A stretch of DNA of 64,000 nt from Callorhinchus milii (Eukaryota), in the NCBI RefSeq assembly GCF_018977255.1, contig NW_024704743.1:86988001-87052000 (forward strand), given 5' to 3'. The notes beneath the pieces were generated by a model. The model was given only the letters and a program-made list of their open reading frames with translations. It made no database searches and was not told the origin of the DNA. Numbering within the stretch: position 1 is the stretch's first letter; each line of letters begins with the position of its first letter. Of the stretch, positions 62,399 to 64,000 are shown piece after piece. The position numbers were made by a program, and so were the translations under genes.

Positions 62399-62592
62399 AG
62401 TAATAAGGAACAGTACATTATTGAAATAAAATAAAATGCCCAAATGGTCCTGGACATCACTTTTGATTTCTGGCAATAAGTTGACTTGCATCATATATTC
62501 AAATCAATTTAGCAATTTAGCAGATAGTTTCACATTCATTTGGATTGTGCACACTCTACCTGTAGGGACTCAGTTAAAAGTTGTGATTATAC

Positions 62593-62720
62593 AAAACAAT
62601 ACAAAATATTTTTTTTATAGCGGTTTTATGTCAGAAGGACATTCCAAGGCGCTGGGCAGTCAAGGATTTGGACCTGAGCAGGGAGTTGGGGGGCTGGTGG
62701 GGGGAGGCGGGGGTTTAGGG
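62593..62720 (-). mobile_element. L2 3' fragment
   Basis: TATAGCGGTTTTATGTCAGAAGGACATTCCAAGGCGCTGG. Confidence 0.75.
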
Positions 62721-63559
62721 GTGGTCCCTTGGCTTCTTGCATATTGCCATTGAAAATTGTGATGTGCAGAAATACTAGGGCCAAAGAGCAACAATAATCT
62801 GAGATCAAATGCAGCTGAGAAAACATTCCACACAATACCAGGGCTCAGTTTGGATTTTACAGGTGAGCTCTCTGGCCCATGTTGGATTCACAGGAGTGGT
62901 TTGGTTAAAAAGGGCCCTTCGGCCCAGTAGATTTCATCCTTCCAGAATATCCATCCTATAATCTTTCTATTGCAGCATCAAATTGTCTCTTAATTGCATG
63001 AGGTTAACCTAGAGTAATGAAGAGGGGAAAAGAAAGATCAGGAAATAATTGCCTGTTTTATTGCAGTAGCCTACAATTACACAGCATCAATCAGCACAGC
63101 ATTGTTTATATAGATATATAAATATAATATACCCATTTCAAAAAATCAATTTCAGGCTTAGCAGAAAAATACAATAGTATAGAATGAAAAGGTTATCAAT
63201 GCATTTAGGAACAATCAATACAGAAGAGAGATTTGAGCTAAATTTGATACCTTTCAATTGTATTGGCCTGTGATAACTGTCCTGATAACCTTTCCAATGG
63301 GCTGTAATATATATATACAATATATACAGTATATAGAAGTGGCACTGGAAGAGCAAACATCACTTCACAGAATTATATCTAGAGGCTATCAACTCCTGGA
63401 GAATTGTGAGACGCAGTGACACTTCTTCTGCAGTAATTCAGTCACTTCCCTCCTTCTATGACCTCTATCTCCACCTATCTTTGTTAGAGGACGGGGATGT
63501 GTATCATTTTGAGGCACTCCCACAGCTTTTCTCCATGAATAATAAATGTTTCTTATATT

Positions 63560-63860
63560 TAACATAGCAGCTTTAATATTGGTAGGATGTCACAAAGCAT
63601 GTCACAGGCATAACTATGAAGTGAAGTGACTGTATTTTCTAGAAAAATGCAGCAGCCAATTTGTGCAGAGCAATGTTGTACAAACAGCCATAAAGCAAAT
63701 GAGAAATTTTCTTTGGAGAATTGTTGGCCAGAATACCGGGAGAACCTTGCTGCTATAGAATAGCGTATGATATCATAAGTCTGATGAGACTGATAAGTGT
63801 AATAAGTATGATAAGTCTGATTTTTCATCTGCTCCACTCAGGATATGCTATTGCAAGTAT
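63560..63860 (-). mobile_element. Decayed SINE family A containing a 9-bp tandem array
   Basis: GCAGCCAATTTGTGCAGAGCAATG...AAACAGCCAT...TTGTTGGCCAG. Confidence 0.65.
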
Positions 63861-64000
63861 CCACGGAACAGGCTGGACAGTCCAATTGGCCTGCATCTGC
63901 TCCTTTACTGATTATCCCAACAGAGCCAACAGAGACAGAGATGCATTCCAGGTAGTGAGGGATAATCTGTATTTCTAAACCATTCTGTAAAAACAAAGCC

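Overview
Non-coding, AT-rich vertebrate DNA; the repeat families point to a cartilaginous fish (inferred, plausibly a chimaera). I find no intact protein-coding gene: the longer ORFs are broken CR1, L2 or Penelope-like retrotransposon fragments. The window holds three large 5'-truncated CR1 LINEs (29.3-35.6 kb), many L2 3' ends, two tRNA-derived Deu-type SINE families with an L2-like tail, and three Penelope-like element (PLE) pieces. Repeat-poor blocks between them look like conserved non-coding elements, but conservation cannot be confirmed without alignments. The most notable signals are: (i) minimal hammerhead-ribozyme motifs in the PLE ends (8770, 10991, 33419); (ii) a 1.4-kb PLE fold-back insertion with a 14-bp target-site duplication (TSD), a GIY-YIG remnant and a secondarily perfected central palindrome; (iii) a ~155-bp mini fold-back carrying the best ribozyme; (iv) a SINE combining CORE-like and Deu-like domains; (v) an 83-bp inverted, locally templated insertion inside an L2 tail; (vi) two + strand candidate exons. 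Boundaries of old, decayed repeats are approximate.
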